The translations under genes were made by a program, and so were the position numbers. Positions 9,205-18,933 of a stretch of 64,000 nt of DNA are shown here, piece after piece (within the stretch, counting starts at the first letter, position 1; every line of letters starts with the position of its first letter). Location: NCBI GenBank assembly GCA_964607145.1, contig CAZSIX010000002.1:139989-203988 (forward strand), written 5' to 3'. The notes under the pieces were generated by a model. The model was not told the DNA's origin, did not search any database, and worked only from the letters and a program-made list of their open reading frames with translations. Source of the DNA: an uncultured Planctomycetota bacterium (lineage in GTDB: Bacteria; Planctomycetota; JAJSAM01; JAKLKS01).

Positions 9205-10323
9205 ATGAAGATCGGCCTCGATCTCTCCATCCTCGAGCGTCCCTGCCCCACCGGCGTGGAGCGGGCGTGGCGCTGCCTCGTGCGGGAGGTGACCGCCGCG
9301 CCCGGCGAGGACCGGTTCGTGCTCTACAGCCGGGGCGCGCTCGACCTAGGCATCGCCTCCCTCCCCCGCGTCATCCAGCCCGTGGCGCTGGGGGGGACCG
9401 ATCGCACCAGCCTCTGGCGGGAACTCCGGCTCGCGCCGGCGCTCAAGCAGGACGGGGTCGACCTGCTGCACTCCCCCGTGGCCGCCATCCCGCTGCGCAC
9501 CTCCGTGCCCCGCGTGGCGACGGTGCACGAACTCCCGTGGCTCCGCCACCCCGGCGTGGAGGGGCGGGGGCGGGAGGTGGCCCATCGCATCCGCGTCCGC
9601 ATCGCGGCCCAGGTGGCGGCGGCGCTGGTCGTCCCCAGCGAGGCCACGGCCACGGACCTGGCGGCGGCGCACCCGTCGGCGAAGGAGCGCATCCGCGTCG
9701 TCCCCCACGGGGTCGATCCCTTCTTCCTGGACCGCGGCGCCGCCTCCGCCGCGGGGACCGCCGCGCTGGCCGCGGCGGGGCTCCCCGCGGGGACCGCGTT
9801 CCTGTTGGCCGTGGGCGCGCTCCGGCCGCGGAAGGACGTCGCCACCCTCCTCGACGCCCACGCCCGCTACCGCGCGGCGGGGGGGGATCGGCTCCTCGCC
9901 CTCGCGGGACCCGGCGAGCCGCCGGCGGTCCTCCCCGAGGGCGTCGTCGCGCTCGGCTTCCTCGAGGACGGCGCGCTCCGGGCGGCGTACCGCGCCGCCG
10001 ACTCCCTCGTCTACCACTCCCTGAACGAGGGGTTCGGGCTCCCGCCGCTGGAGGCCATGGCCGCGGGCACACCCGTGGTGGCCACCGCCGTGGGTTCCGT
10101 CCCCGAGGTCGTCGGCGGGGCGGCGCTGCTGGTCCCCCCGGGGGATGCCGCGGCGCTGGCGGCGGCCATGGGCGCGGTGACCGGCGACGGCGCGGTCCGC
10201 GGGAGGCTCCGGGCGGCGGGCCCGCCGCGCGCGGCGGAGTTCCCGTGGGCGGCGGCGGCCCGGCGGGTGCGGGAGGTCTGGCGGGAAGTGGCGGAACGGG
10301 CGGCGGCGTCCAAGAGGGGATGA
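9205..10323 (+). CDS. Glycosyltransferase family 1 (GT4-type)
   Basis: [20 protein letters not shown]... then C-terminal E-x7-E region [22 protein letters not shown]. Divergent from hutH. Confidence 0.85.
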   Translation: MKIGLDLSILERPCPTGVERAWRCLVREVTAAPGEDRFVLYSRGALDLGIASLPRVIQPVALGGTDRTSLWRELRLAPALKQDGVDLLHSPVAAIPLRTSVPRVATVHELPWLRHPGVEGRGREVAHRIRVRIAAQVAAALVVPSEATATDLAAAHPSAKERIRVVPHGVDPFFLDRGAASAAGTAALAAAGLPAGTAFLLAVGALRPRKDVATLLDAHARYRAAGGDRLLALAGPGEPPAVLPEGVVALGFLEDGALRAAYRAADSLVYHSLNEGFGLPPLEAMAAGTPVVATAVGSVPEVVGGAALLVPPGDAAALAAAMGAVTGDGAVRGRLRAAGPPRAAEFPWAAAARRVREVWREVAERAAASKRG

Positions 10324-11531
10324 ACGGAACCCCCCGCCGGTCGCCCCGCGGCGCGCCGCCCCGGGGGGCGGGCGTCCCCGACGCGCCCCCGCCGCGCGTC
10401 CTCCTCAACCTCACTCCCTACGACGGGCTCGCCAGCGGCGCCCGCGAGCGGGCCCTCGGCCTCGCCGCGGCGCTGGTCCGCCGCGGCGTGGACCTGATCC
10501 TCGCCGAGTCCGCGCGGGACGACCTCGCGTCGCTGCTGGCGGCGGGGGCGGCGCGCGGCCTCGTGCCCCGCGTCGTCCGCACCTCCCTGGACCCGGCGTG
10601 GCCGCTGGGTCGCGCGCTGCGGAGCGCCCGCGTGTTCGCGGACCTCCTCGCGGCGGAGCGCCCCGACGTCTTCCTCACCGACTTCTACCCCGTCGTGCGG
10701 GTGCCCGGCGTGCGCACGGCGGTCACCGTCCACGACCTCCGCTGGCTCGCCTCCCCCGTGGGGCGGCGGGCGGCCCGCTCGCTCTACTTCCGCACCGCCT
10801 ACGGCCGCGCGCTCCGGCGCGCCGACCTGGTCGTCACGCCCTCGGCGTTCACCCGCGACGAGGTCGTGGACCGCCTCGGCGTCCCCGTCCGCCGCACCGC
10901 CGTGGTGCCCAACGCCGTGTCCGACACCCTCCGCCTGCCGCTGGATCCCGCCGCGGGGGCCCGCGTGCGCGAGCGGCTCGACCTCCCCCGGAGGCCCTAC
11001 CTCCTGGCGCTGGGCGTCTTCGAGGAGCGGAAGAACCTGCCGCTGCTCCTGGAGGCGCTCCGCCGCCTCCACGCGGGAGACCGGCCCCCGCCGCCCCTCG
11101 TGCTGGCGGGCCGCGGCGGCCCCGGCGAGCCGGGCATCCGCGCCGCGGCGCGGGCGCTGCCCCCCGGCGCCGTCCACATGGCCGGATACGTGCGGCCCGT
11201 CGACCTCCCCGCGGTCTACGACGGCGCCCGGGCGCTGGTCCACCCCGCCCTCTACGAGGGGTTCGGCATGCCCGTGGTGGAGGCCATGGCCCGCGGCGTC
11301 CCCGTCGCCTGCGCCCGCGCCGCCGCCCTCCCCGAGGCCGCCGGCGGAGCGGCCGCCCTCTTCGACCCCCGCGACCCCGAAGACTGCGCCCGCGCCGTCG
11401 CCGCCGTGTCCCACGACGAACCCCTCCGCGCCGACCTCCGCGCCCGCGGCCAACTCCGGAGCGCCGGCCTCACCTACGACGCCGTCGCGGCGGCGCTGTT
11501 GGGGGCGGTGGGGGTGGGGGTGGGTGGGTGA
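10320..11531 (+). CDS. Glycosyltransferase family 1
   Basis: ATG overlaps the upstream stop (ATGA); ...VLLNLTPYDGLASGARER..., YEGFGMPVVEAMARGVPVA. True start may lie further downstream. Confidence 0.8.
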   Translation: MNGTPRRSPRGAPPRGAGVPDAPPPRVLLNLTPYDGLASGARERALGLAAALVRRGVDLILAESARDDLASLLAAGAARGLVPRVVRTSLDPAWPLGRALRSARVFADLLAAERPDVFLTDFYPVVRVPGVRTAVTVHDLRWLASPVGRRAARSLYFRTAYGRALRRADLVVTPSAFTRDEVVDRLGVPVRRTAVVPNAVSDTLRLPLDPAAGARVRERLDLPRRPYLLALGVFEERKNLPLLLEALRRLHAGDRPPPPLVLAGRGGPGEPGIRAAARALPPGAVHMAGYVRPVDLPAVYDGARALVHPALYEGFGMPVVEAMARGVPVACARAAALPEAAGGAAALFDPRDPEDCARAVAAVSHDEPLRADLRARGQLRSAGLTYDAVAAALLGAVGVGVGG

Positions 11532-11557
11532 CGCCGGACCATGGCGATGCAAGCCGG

Positions 11558-13015
11558 CTAGCGAACTCTCAGCTCGACCGCCTCAGCCCGATCGAACGGA
11601 CTCCCATCACCAACCTCATAGAAGTAGTTCGATCCCCACGCGAGCCAGGCTCCTTCAATATCAGTAGCGTGAGCCCCCGTGTCACCGGTGAAGAGTTCCA
11701 CAACCCCGCTCACAGTCGTCCGAACAGGGTAAGCGCGATGGGCGAACGACCCATCGCAGAGTTCGCCCCGCGAGTTGCTTCCCCAACCGAACAGCGCTCC
11801 TTGCGAATCTAGCGCATATCCAGAGTCAAACCCTGCCGCAATGCGTACGATACTGCGAAGACCCACAACGCTGCCCGGAGTCAAACGACTGACCTGAGTT
11901 CCATCTCCCAGCTGACCAAACGCATTCGAGCCCCAGGTGAACACCTCACCGCTGTCGCTGAGCACCAATGAGAACTGACCGCGTGCCGCAACGGCGACCG
12001 CGGTTGGGATTCCCGGAACGCCAACCGGGGTCCACCGATCCTCCGTTGCTCCGTCCCCAAGCTGGCCGGCCCCGTTCCACCCCCATGCGAGAACCGCGCC
12101 GCCGTTCAGGAGTGCCACGTTGTGCTGGTTGCCGACCGCGAGCGCGCGAATGCCGTCTAGCGCGGGAACGCGGATCGGTCGAACGCGAGGGCTATCGGTA
12201 CCATCGCCCAAGTTTCCTCTGGCGTTGCCTCCCCACGCAAAGACCTCTCCTGCGGCAGTTACGGCGAAAGACGTAAAAAAACCCGCTGAAACCGCAATCG
12301 GATCCCGAACCTCCGGAACAGGTTCGGGTACGACGCTGGGAGCACCGTCCATGAACCCATCGTGGTCCCCCCAGAACAGGAGCGTTCCATCATCCCGGAT
12401 CGCGAGGAGATGCTCTCCCCCGGCCGCGATGGTAACGATGCGCGAGAAGCCCTCCAGCGGCACCGGGCGCGTCTCGTAGTACGGATAGCCCTCACCGTAG
12501 GGTCGCGACTCGTTTCGCGCAAAGGACGCGGGGTACTCACCCCAGAAGCGGAGCGTTCCATCGGACATGCGCGCAACCCCGAACTCCGTTCCGAACTGCA
12601 CGTCGCTCACTCGCGGAACGACATCAATCCGGCGTGACTTTGAGATGACTCGACTGTCAGCCGTCCTAACCCGCACGCGCACGTCTTCGTGGACCTCGGT
12701 GGGGCTCCAGTTGAACTGGGCAGTGCGGGCGCTCTCCGTTCCGAGAATGTCCCAGGTCAGCCCCGAGTCTCTGGACGCTTCCACAACGACGATCTCGCCC
12801 CCGACCCCTTGCGCCTTCCACTCGACCGTTGCAACCCTTCCCACCGGCCACAGTTCGTGATTTCGCGGCTCACGCAGCATGATCTTGCCGAAGGCCCCTG
12901 TTGGATCGTCAGAGTTATTGCGGCCACAGCCGGGCAGCACGAGCCCAAACTGAAGCACAACAGAAACCAGAACGACCGCAGCGCAACGCGCACGACTGAG
13001 CGACAACGCCGACAT
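11558..13015 (-). CDS. RCC1-repeat (beta-propeller) lipoprotein
   Basis: MSALSLSRARCAAVVLVSVVLQFGLVLPGCG (lipobox); several repeats of the type WGWNGAGQLGDG, WGSNAFGQLGDG, WGGNARGNLGDG. Nucleotide composition and codon use are clearly lower in GC than the flanks. Confidence 0.85.
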   Translation of the reverse strand: MSALSLSRARCAAVVLVSVVLQFGLVLPGCGRNNSDDPTGAFGKIMLREPRNHELWPVGRVATVEWKAQGVGGEIVVVEASRDSGLTWDILGTESARTAQFNWSPTEVHEDVRVRVRTADSRVISKSRRIDVVPRVSDVQFGTEFGVARMSDGTLRFWGEYPASFARNESRPYGEGYPYYETRPVPLEGFSRIVTIAAGGEHLLAIRDDGTLLFWGDHDGFMDGAPSVVPEPVPEVRDPIAVSAGFFTSFAVTAAGEVFAWGGNARGNLGDGTDSPRVRPIRVPALDGIRALAVGNQHNVALLNGGAVLAWGWNGAGQLGDGATEDRWTPVGVPGIPTAVAVAARGQFSLVLSDSGEVFTWGSNAFGQLGDGTQVSRLTPGSVVGLRSIVRIAAGFDSGYALDSQGALFGWGSNSRGELCDGSFAHRAYPVRTTVSGVVELFTGDTGAHATDIEGAWLAWGSNYFYEVGDGSPFDRAEAVELRVR

Positions 13016-13311
13016 CCGTGCGCATGCGCGTCGCGCACCCGCGCCAGACGCTGGCCATCGATGCGGCATATTGCCGCGCCGAGTCATCGAGGAACTCAAG
13101 CGGCTGCCGCACAGGCCCAAGCTACACGGCACAGTGTCGGGATACGGTGTCAGTCTCCCACGTGGTTTCCGCGGTGCGTTCACTCCGCGACGGGGCCCCG
13201 CGAAGGCAGCGCAACCCGGGAACAGCCGGACCGGCTCCGAACGGCGGAGCGGACGGGGGTGCCGACTCTCTCCGTCTCCCACCCACCGCCGCCGCACGCC
13301 GGCACGACCCC

Positions 13312-14091
13312 CTACCGCACCGTCCTGATCTGCAGCACCAGCGCGGCGTTGGAGATGCCGGGGACGTCGGCGAGGCCGGCCACGGTGAAGGTGCAGCGGG
13401 AGCCGCGGGCTCCGCCGAGGGGCTCGGGGAGGGGGCGCCAGGGGACGAGGGAGTCGGGGAGCGGGACGGGGACGCCGTCGCGGAGGAACCGGACGCGGTA
13501 GAGGAGGGCCCGCGGCGGGGCGTCGGGGCGGGCCGTCTGGTCGGTGTTCTCCAGGGTGATGGTCACGGTGGGGTCGCGGTCGGTGGTGTCCCGCTGGAGG
13601 GCGACGCACTCCACGGACCACCCGAGGAAGCAGGTGCCGGGCCATCCGTCGGCGCGGGCCACGAGGGTGCGTCCGTGGGGGGCCATGGTGAGGCGCGAGA
13701 ACAGGGGCCGATCGCCGGCGCCGCGGAGGGAGACGGAACCGGCGCGGGTCTCGCCGGGCGCCACGTCCTCCCACTCCACGTGGTCGAAGTGGAACGGCCG
13801 GTAGGGCGCGTCGAAGCCGGCGGCGGGGGCGGGGAAACCGAGTTCGACGTCCACGTCCAGCAGTTCCAGGGAGGCGGCGCCCTCGTTGGCCACGACGAAC
13901 TCGACGCGGCCGCCGTCGTCGTGGAAGTGGTTCTGGAGTTCGCGCACCACCACCCGCCCCCCGGGTCCGAGGCGGTCGCCGACGCCGGTCTGGAGCGCCG
14001 CGGGGTCGACGGTCCCGCCCACGCCGGCGCAGCCGGCGGCCACCGCCGCCGCCACGAGGGGGAGGGTGGCCCGGATCCAGGCGGGGTTCAC
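13312..14091 (-). CDS. Hypothetical lipoprotein
   Basis: GTG start overlaps the NUDIX stop (GTGA); VNPAWIRATLPLVAAAVAAGCAG signal/lipobox; last gene of the ispH-NUDIX operon. Confidence 0.6.
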   Translation of the reverse strand: MNPAWIRATLPLVAAAVAAGCAGVGGTVDPAALQTGVGDRLGPGGRVVVRELQNHFHDDGGRVEFVVANEGAASLELLDVDVELGFPAPAAGFDAPYRPFHFDHVEWEDVAPGETRAGSVSLRGAGDRPLFSRLTMAPHGRTLVARADGWPGTCFLGWSVECVALQRDTTDRDPTVTITLENTDQTARPDAPPRALLYRVRFLRDGVPVPLPDSLVPWRPLPEPLGGARGSRCTFTVAGLADVPGISNAALVLQIRTVR

Positions 14092-14684
14092 GCGTCCCTC
14101 CCCCCCGCCCGCGGCAGTCCGTCGAGGAGGTCCCGGACGAACATGCCCGTCAGCCCCCAGAGCGTCTCCCCGTCCCACTCCAGGTAGGGCACGTCGCGGA
14201 AGAGGCCCATGGGCGTGCGGCGATCCTCCGTGCGCCAGCGCGAGCGATCCAGCAGCGCGGCGAAGGGGATGTCGAAGAGCCGATCCACCTCGGAGGCGTC
14301 CGCGACGAGCCCCTCGGGCCCGGGGATCCGCCCCACGAAGGCGGCCACGTGGAAGCCGGCGATGGACACCCGGTCCGGGAGGCGGCGCAGGACCTGCACG
14401 GCGGCGGGGTCGAGGCCCACCTCCTCGGCGGACTCGCGGAGCGCGCAGGTCAGGGCGTCCTCGTCCCCCTCGCGGGCCCCCCCGGGGAACGCCACCTGCC
14501 CCGGGTGGTCGGGGAGGTCGGCGCGGCGGCGCGTGAGGAGGAGGTGGGGCTCCCCCGACCGCAGGAAGACCGGCGCCAGCACGGCGGCGTCGCGGAGCCC
14601 GTCCCGGGGGCGCCAGTCCCGCGCCACCGGTCCTCCCGCGAGGAGGGCCCGGAGCGGGGGCGCGACGGCGTCGGCGGGGGTCAT
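14088..14684 (-). CDS. NUDIX hydrolase (CoA-pyrophosphatase-like)
   Basis: MTPADAV...; NUDIX box GGAREGDEDALTCALRESAEEVGL; ATG overlaps the ispH stop (ATGA). Confidence 0.85.
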   Translation of the reverse strand: MTPADAVAPPLRALLAGGPVARDWRPRDGLRDAAVLAPVFLRSGEPHLLLTRRRADLPDHPGQVAFPGGAREGDEDALTCALRESAEEVGLDPAAVQVLRRLPDRVSIAGFHVAAFVGRIPGPEGLVADASEVDRLFDIPFAALLDRSRWRTEDRRTPMGLFRDVPYLEWDGETLWGLTGMFVRDLLDGLPRAGGRDA

Positions 14685-15613
14685 CGCACCGTCGGGAGGA
14701 GTTCGCGGGGCAGGGCGAACCGGACGTTCTCGATGACCGTGGGGACCTCCTCCGGCTCGCCGCCCCCCAGTTCGCGGAGGCGGGCCACGATGCTGCGCAC
14801 CAGTTCCTCCGGCGCCGAGGCCCCGGCGGTGATGCCCACCGTCTCCACGCCGGCGAACCAGGCCGGGTCGAGATCGCGGGCCGACTCCACGAGCCGGGCC
14901 GGCGCGCCCCCCTGGGAGCCCACCTCGACGAGGCGCTGGGAGTTGGAGGAGTTGGGCGCGCCCACGACGAGCAGCAGGTCGATGCGCGGCGTGAGCGTCT
15001 TCACCGCGTTCTGGCGGTTCTGCGTGGCGTAGCAGATGTCCTCCTGCGGGGGCCCCTCGATGGCGGGGAACCGGCGCCGGAGGACGTCCACGATGGCGCG
15101 CGTGTCGTCCACGGAGAGGGTGGTCTGCGTGAGGAAGGCGACCCGCTCGGGGTCCTCCACGGCGACGCTCTCGGCGTCCGCGATGGAGCCCACGAGGCGC
15201 ATGCGCTCGGGGGCCTCCCCCATGGTGCCCTCGACCTCGACGTGCCCCGCGTGGCCGATGAGGAGGATCTCCCGCCCCTCCTCGGCGTGGCGGCGCGCCT
15301 CCAGGTGGACCTTCGTGACGAGGGGGCAGGTGGCGTCGATGGCGCGCAGTCCCCGCTCCGCCGCCTGCCGGCGGATCTCCGGGGAGACGCCGTGGGCGGA
15401 GTAGATGACGACGGCGCCAGGGGGGATCTCGGCGACGTCGTCCACGAACACCGCGCCCATCCCGCGCAACCGGTCCACCACGTGCCGGTTGTGGACGATC
15501 TCGTGGCGGACGTACACGGGGGGGCCGTGCATGTCGAGGGCGCGCTCGACGATCTCGATGGCGCGGTCCACCCCCGCGCAGAACCCGCGGGGGGCGGCGA
15601 GGAGGATCTTCAT
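14681..15613 (-). CDS. ispH: 4-hydroxy-3-methylbut-2-enyl diphosphate reductase
   Basis: MKILLAAPRGFCAGVDRAIEIVE..., conserved Cys ligands (CAGV, ATCPLV, ICYATQNRQ). Confidence 0.95.
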   Translation of the reverse strand: MKILLAAPRGFCAGVDRAIEIVERALDMHGPPVYVRHEIVHNRHVVDRLRGMGAVFVDDVAEIPPGAVVIYSAHGVSPEIRRQAAERGLRAIDATCPLVTKVHLEARRHAEEGREILLIGHAGHVEVEGTMGEAPERMRLVGSIADAESVAVEDPERVAFLTQTTLSVDDTRAIVDVLRRRFPAIEGPPQEDICYATQNRQNAVKTLTPRIDLLLVVGAPNSSNSQRLVEVGSQGGAPARLVESARDLDPAWFAGVETVGITAGASAPEELVRSIVARLRELGGGEPEEVPTVIENVRFALPRELLPTVR

Positions 15614-15807
15614 CGGGGGGAGGATACACCAGCCCCGGGGAGACCCCCTCCTCGCGCGCCCGCCTTGCCCCGCCCGGAGGGAAGAGATAGCCTTGACGCC
15701 GTGTTGATGCGTGAAGGTCCCGGGGGGGCGTGCCGGGGGACGGCGCGATCCGTCCCGGGAATCGCGGTCGAGCGTCCGCAGCGCGGGCGCGGGGGAGGCG
15801 GCAGGAC

Positions 15808-16053
15808 ATGAGCGGCAAGAAGGGGTTCCTGGTGTTCGCGGCGGTGGCGGGTCTGCTCTCGGCGGGGGCGGTCGGGTGCGCCTCCAAGGGCGATCACCAC
15901 GGCGAGAAGAAGGACGACTCGAAGATGGAGAAGAACTCCTGCAAGGGCGGCGGCAAGTGCAAGGAGGGCGGGAAGTGCAAGTCCGGCGGACAGTGCAAGG
16001 AAGGCGGCAAGTGCAAGGCCGGCGGCGGCTGCGGCAAGAACTCCTGCGGCTAG
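15808..16053 (+). CDS. Small secreted/lipoprotein Cys-rich repeat peptide (GG[KQ]CK repeats); candidate RiPP precursor for the adjacent MNIO
   Basis: MSGKKGFLVFAAVAGLLSAGAVGCAS (signal peptide, lipobox) then KGDHHGEKKDDSKMEKNSCKGGGKCKEGGKCKSGGQCKEGGKCKAGGGCGKNSCG; GGAGG RBS 9 nt upstream of ATG 15808; located 57 nt before the DUF692 gene. Confidence 0.75.
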   Translation: MSGKKGFLVFAAVAGLLSAGAVGCASKGDHHGEKKDDSKMEKNSCKGGGKCKEGGKCKSGGQCKEGGKCKAGGGCGKNSCG

Positions 16054-16110
16054 ACGATCCCACGGCATGACCGGGACGCCGGGGGCCCCGCCTCCGGCGT
16101 CCCTCCCGCC

Positions 16111-16965
16111 ATGATCGCCAACCGATTCGGCCTCCCGGACCTCGGGTTCGGCGTGGGGCTCCGCCCGACGCACTACGCCCACGTCCTCTCGACGTGGCCG
16201 GCGGTGGACTTCTTCGAGATCATCTCGGAGAACTACATGGACCAGGGGGGGCGGCCGCGGGAGGCGCTGGAGGCGGTGGCCGCGCGCTACCCCGTCGTCA
16301 TGCACGGCGTGTCGCTGTCCATCGGGTCCACGGATCCCCTGGACATGGACTACCTCCGCCGCCTGCGGGCGCTGGCGGATCGCATCGACGCGCCCTGGCT
16401 GAGCGACCACCTCTGCTGGACCGGCGTGGCGGGGGAGAACCTCCACGACCTGATGCCCGTGCCCCGGACCGAAGAGGCGGTGCGCCACATCCGCGACCGG
16501 GTGCGGCGCGTCCAGGACTTCCTCGGGCGGCCGCTCCTGCTGGAGAACCCCTCCTCGTACATGGGCTTCGCCGCCGACGCCATGCCCGAGGCGGAGTTCC
16601 TGGCCCGCATCGCCGAGGGCGCCGACTGCGCCCTCCTGCTGGACGTGAACAATGTCCACGTGAGCGCGCGGAACCACGGGTTCGACCCGGAGGCGTACAT
16701 CCGCACGCTCCCCCTGGACCGCGTCGTGCAGTTCCACCTCGCCGGCCACGAGGACCACGGGGCGTACATCATCGACACGCACGACGCGCACGTCGTGGAC
16801 GCCGTGTGGGACCTCTTCCGGCGCACCTGGGCGCTGACGGGGCCCCGCGCGACGCTGGTGGAGTGGGACGACCACATCCCGCCCTTCGAGGTCGTGCACG
16901 CGGAGGCGGAGCGCGCCCGCGCGGAGGCGGCGGCGTCCCCGGCGGAGGGCGCCGTTGCCCGGTAG
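16111..16965 (+). CDS. DUF692 family protein (multinuclear non-heme iron oxidative enzyme, MbnB/TglH/BufB-like)
   Basis: 284 aa; [42 protein letters not shown] motifs typical of DUF692/MNIO TIM-barrel proteins. Confidence 0.9.
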   Translation: MIANRFGLPDLGFGVGLRPTHYAHVLSTWPAVDFFEIISENYMDQGGRPREALEAVAARYPVVMHGVSLSIGSTDPLDMDYLRRLRALADRIDAPWLSDHLCWTGVAGENLHDLMPVPRTEEAVRHIRDRVRRVQDFLGRPLLLENPSSYMGFAADAMPEAEFLARIAEGADCALLLDVNNVHVSARNHGFDPEAYIRTLPLDRVVQFHLAGHEDHGAYIIDTHDAHVVDAVWDLFRRTWALTGPRATLVEWDDHIPPFEVVHAEAERARAEAAASPAEGAVAR

Positions 16966-17770
16966 GGAGGGGCGCGACGGGGCCCTCGACGGGCTGGAGC
17001 GCTGGGTGCGGGACGTCGTGACCGCGCCCGCGGACCCCGACGGCGCGGAGGCGGGGCGCGTCCTCGCCCCCCTCCCGGGCCTCCCCCCGGCGGAGCAGTT
17101 GCGGATCTACCGGGACGGCTGGTTCTCGCGGCTCCGCTCGGCGCTGGCGGAGGACTTCCCGGGCCTCGAGCACGCCCTCGGCCACCACGGGTTCGACCAC
17201 CTCTGCGCCGACTACCTGCGCGCCCACCCGTCCTCGTACACCGACATCTGCCGCGTGGGCGTGGACATGGAGCGGTTCGTGCGGTCCCGGACGGACCTCG
17301 CCGACGTCGGGTTCCTCGCCGACCTGGCGCGACTGGAGTGGTCCGTCACGTCGGTCTTCGACCGCGCCGACGGCCCGGTGCTGCGGGTCGCCGATCTCGA
17401 GGGGACGGACACGGAGACGCTCGCCGCCGCCCGCTTCCCCCTGGCGTCCACCACGGACCTCCTGGACCTGGGGTACCCGGTGCACGAGTACCTGGAGGCC
17501 GTCCTCGCCGAGGGGTCGCCGGCGGTTCCCGCGCCGCGGCCCTGCACCGTCGTCGTCTCCCGCGCCGGGACCGCCATGAGCCGGATGGAGGTCGCCGGCC
17601 CCCTCGTCCCCGTGCTGCGGGCGCTGGCGGAGGGCGCGTCGCTGGAGGAGGCGGTCGGCACCGCCGCGGAGTGCGCGGAGGACGACGCGGCGCTGGAAGC
17701 CCTGGCGGTGGCGATGCGGGACGGGTTCGCGCGCTGGGTCGGGGCGGGCGTGTTCGCGCCGACGGGGTAG
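16955..17770 (+). CDS. DUF2063 family protein (MbnC/BufC-like partner of the MNIO)
   Basis: 271 aa; overlaps the DUF692 gene by 11 nt; N-terminal region typical of DUF2063 (LQRWV-like, [19 protein letters not shown]). Confidence 0.8.
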   Translation: MPGREGRDGALDGLERWVRDVVTAPADPDGAEAGRVLAPLPGLPPAEQLRIYRDGWFSRLRSALAEDFPGLEHALGHHGFDHLCADYLRAHPSSYTDICRVGVDMERFVRSRTDLADVGFLADLARLEWSVTSVFDRADGPVLRVADLEGTDTETLAAARFPLASTTDLLDLGYPVHEYLEAVLAEGSPAVPAPRPCTVVVSRAGTAMSRMEVAGPLVPVLRALAEGASLEEAVGTAAECAEDDAALEALAVAMRDGFARWVGAGVFAPTG

Positions 17771-17808
17771 GCCGCGGGCCGCTGGCCCGATCCCGACCCG
17801 AGAGGCCG

Positions 17809-18669
17809 TCAGTTCCCCTTGCGGGCGTCCTCGGCGTCCTTCTCCGCCAGGATGCGGGTCCACTCGGCGACCAGGGCGCGGTACTTCTCGGGGACCTTGT
17901 CGAAGTCGCCGTTGTCCACGGCCTCGCGGACCTTGGCGGGGAGGCGGGCGAAGAACGCGCTCTTGAGGTCCTCCTCCGACGGCGGGTCGCGGTCGCTGCG
18001 GGGGGGCCGGGCGGAGGGGTCCGCGGGGTCCCGGCTCTCGCGGCCGTCCTCGGGCTTGTCCCCCTTCGGCTTGCCTTCCTCGTCCGTCTTCGGCTTCTCC
18101 TCCCCGTCGCCGGGCTTCGGATCCTGCTTGCCCTCCTGGTCCTTCTTCTCGGGGGAGGGCTCGTCCCCCTTCCCTCCGGACCCGGACCCGGGCTGGGGCT
18201 GCCCGCTCCCGTCGCCGGAGGGGGAGCCGGTCCGCGCCTGGGCGAGGAGGTCGTCGATGCCCGAGAGGATGGCACCGCCCTGCCCCTTCACCGCGCGGAG
18301 GAGTTCCGCCATTCCCTCCGACGCGCCGTTCCCGCCGCCCGTCGGGGCGGCGCTCCCGGAGGAGGCGGACCCCCGTCCGCAGGACTCGCAGGACCCGCCG
18401 GCGGGCATGGACGCGCCGTTCTTGCAGTCGCCGCAGTCCTCGGGGAGGCGGATGTCCACGGGGCCCGCGGCCGCCTTCTCGCCCCGCGCCAGGCGGGCGA
18501 GGCTGGCCTCGTTGGCCTTCAGGGCCCGCGTGATCCGCGCGGCGATCTCCCGGATGTCCTCCTGCCCCTCGGGGCCGTGGACCGGGCCCTCCGCGACGGC
18601 CTGCGGGGCGGCGAAGAGGAGGATCGCCGCGGCGGCGGGCAGGAACGGCGTGGAGCGCGGGCGGGCCAT
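17809..18669 (-). CDS. Secreted low-complexity protein with CxxC...CxxC cluster and conserved C-terminal domain
   Basis: MARPRSTPFLPAAAAILLFAAPQAVA signal peptide, GGAGGTG RBS; DCGDCKNG...SCESCG; Lys/Glu/Asp/Pro-rich middle; C-terminal ARLPAKVREAVDNGDFDKVPEKYRALVAEW. Confidence 0.6.
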   Translation of the reverse strand: MARPRSTPFLPAAAAILLFAAPQAVAEGPVHGPEGQEDIREIAARITRALKANEASLARLARGEKAAAGPVDIRLPEDCGDCKNGASMPAGGSCESCGRGSASSGSAAPTGGGNGASEGMAELLRAVKGQGGAILSGIDDLLAQARTGSPSGDGSGQPQPGSGSGGKGDEPSPEKKDQEGKQDPKPGDGEEKPKTDEEGKPKGDKPEDGRESRDPADPSARPPRSDRDPPSEEDLKSAFFARLPAKVREAVDNGDFDKVPEKYRALVAEWTRILAEKDAEDARKGN

Positions 18670-18933
18670 GGTCACCTCCGGCGTGCCCGCGGCGGGTGTT
18701 CCCGGGGCACGACTCCCAGTATAGACGCCCGGGGGGAGGCCGGCGTGCCGGGTTCCGCCGGCAGGGCGGGGAGCGCGGACGCCGCGGTCACCGCCCGTCG
18801 CCCGGGGCCGGCGGGATCGGCGGCGGGGAAGGGGGGAACCCACCCGATCCCCGCCCGCGGCGGAACGGTCGGCGCGCGGGGACCGGGCCGCCGCGGCCCG
18901 GTGGTAGGACCCCGGGCCGCGGCGCGTGGTTCT

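Noticed and set aside
7728-11531. 1267-aa plus-strand ORF
   Set aside because: Only the last ~400 codons (from ATG 10320) are a GT1 glycosyltransferase; the upstream part is antisense to hutH and a different-frame read of the first GT1 gene.
15730-16053. Longer 107-aa version of the Cys-rich peptide starting at ATG 15730
   Set aside because: The extension MPGDGAIRPGNRGRASAARARGRRQD is low-complexity and precedes the strong RBS; ATG 15808 with GGAGG gives a canonical signal peptide.
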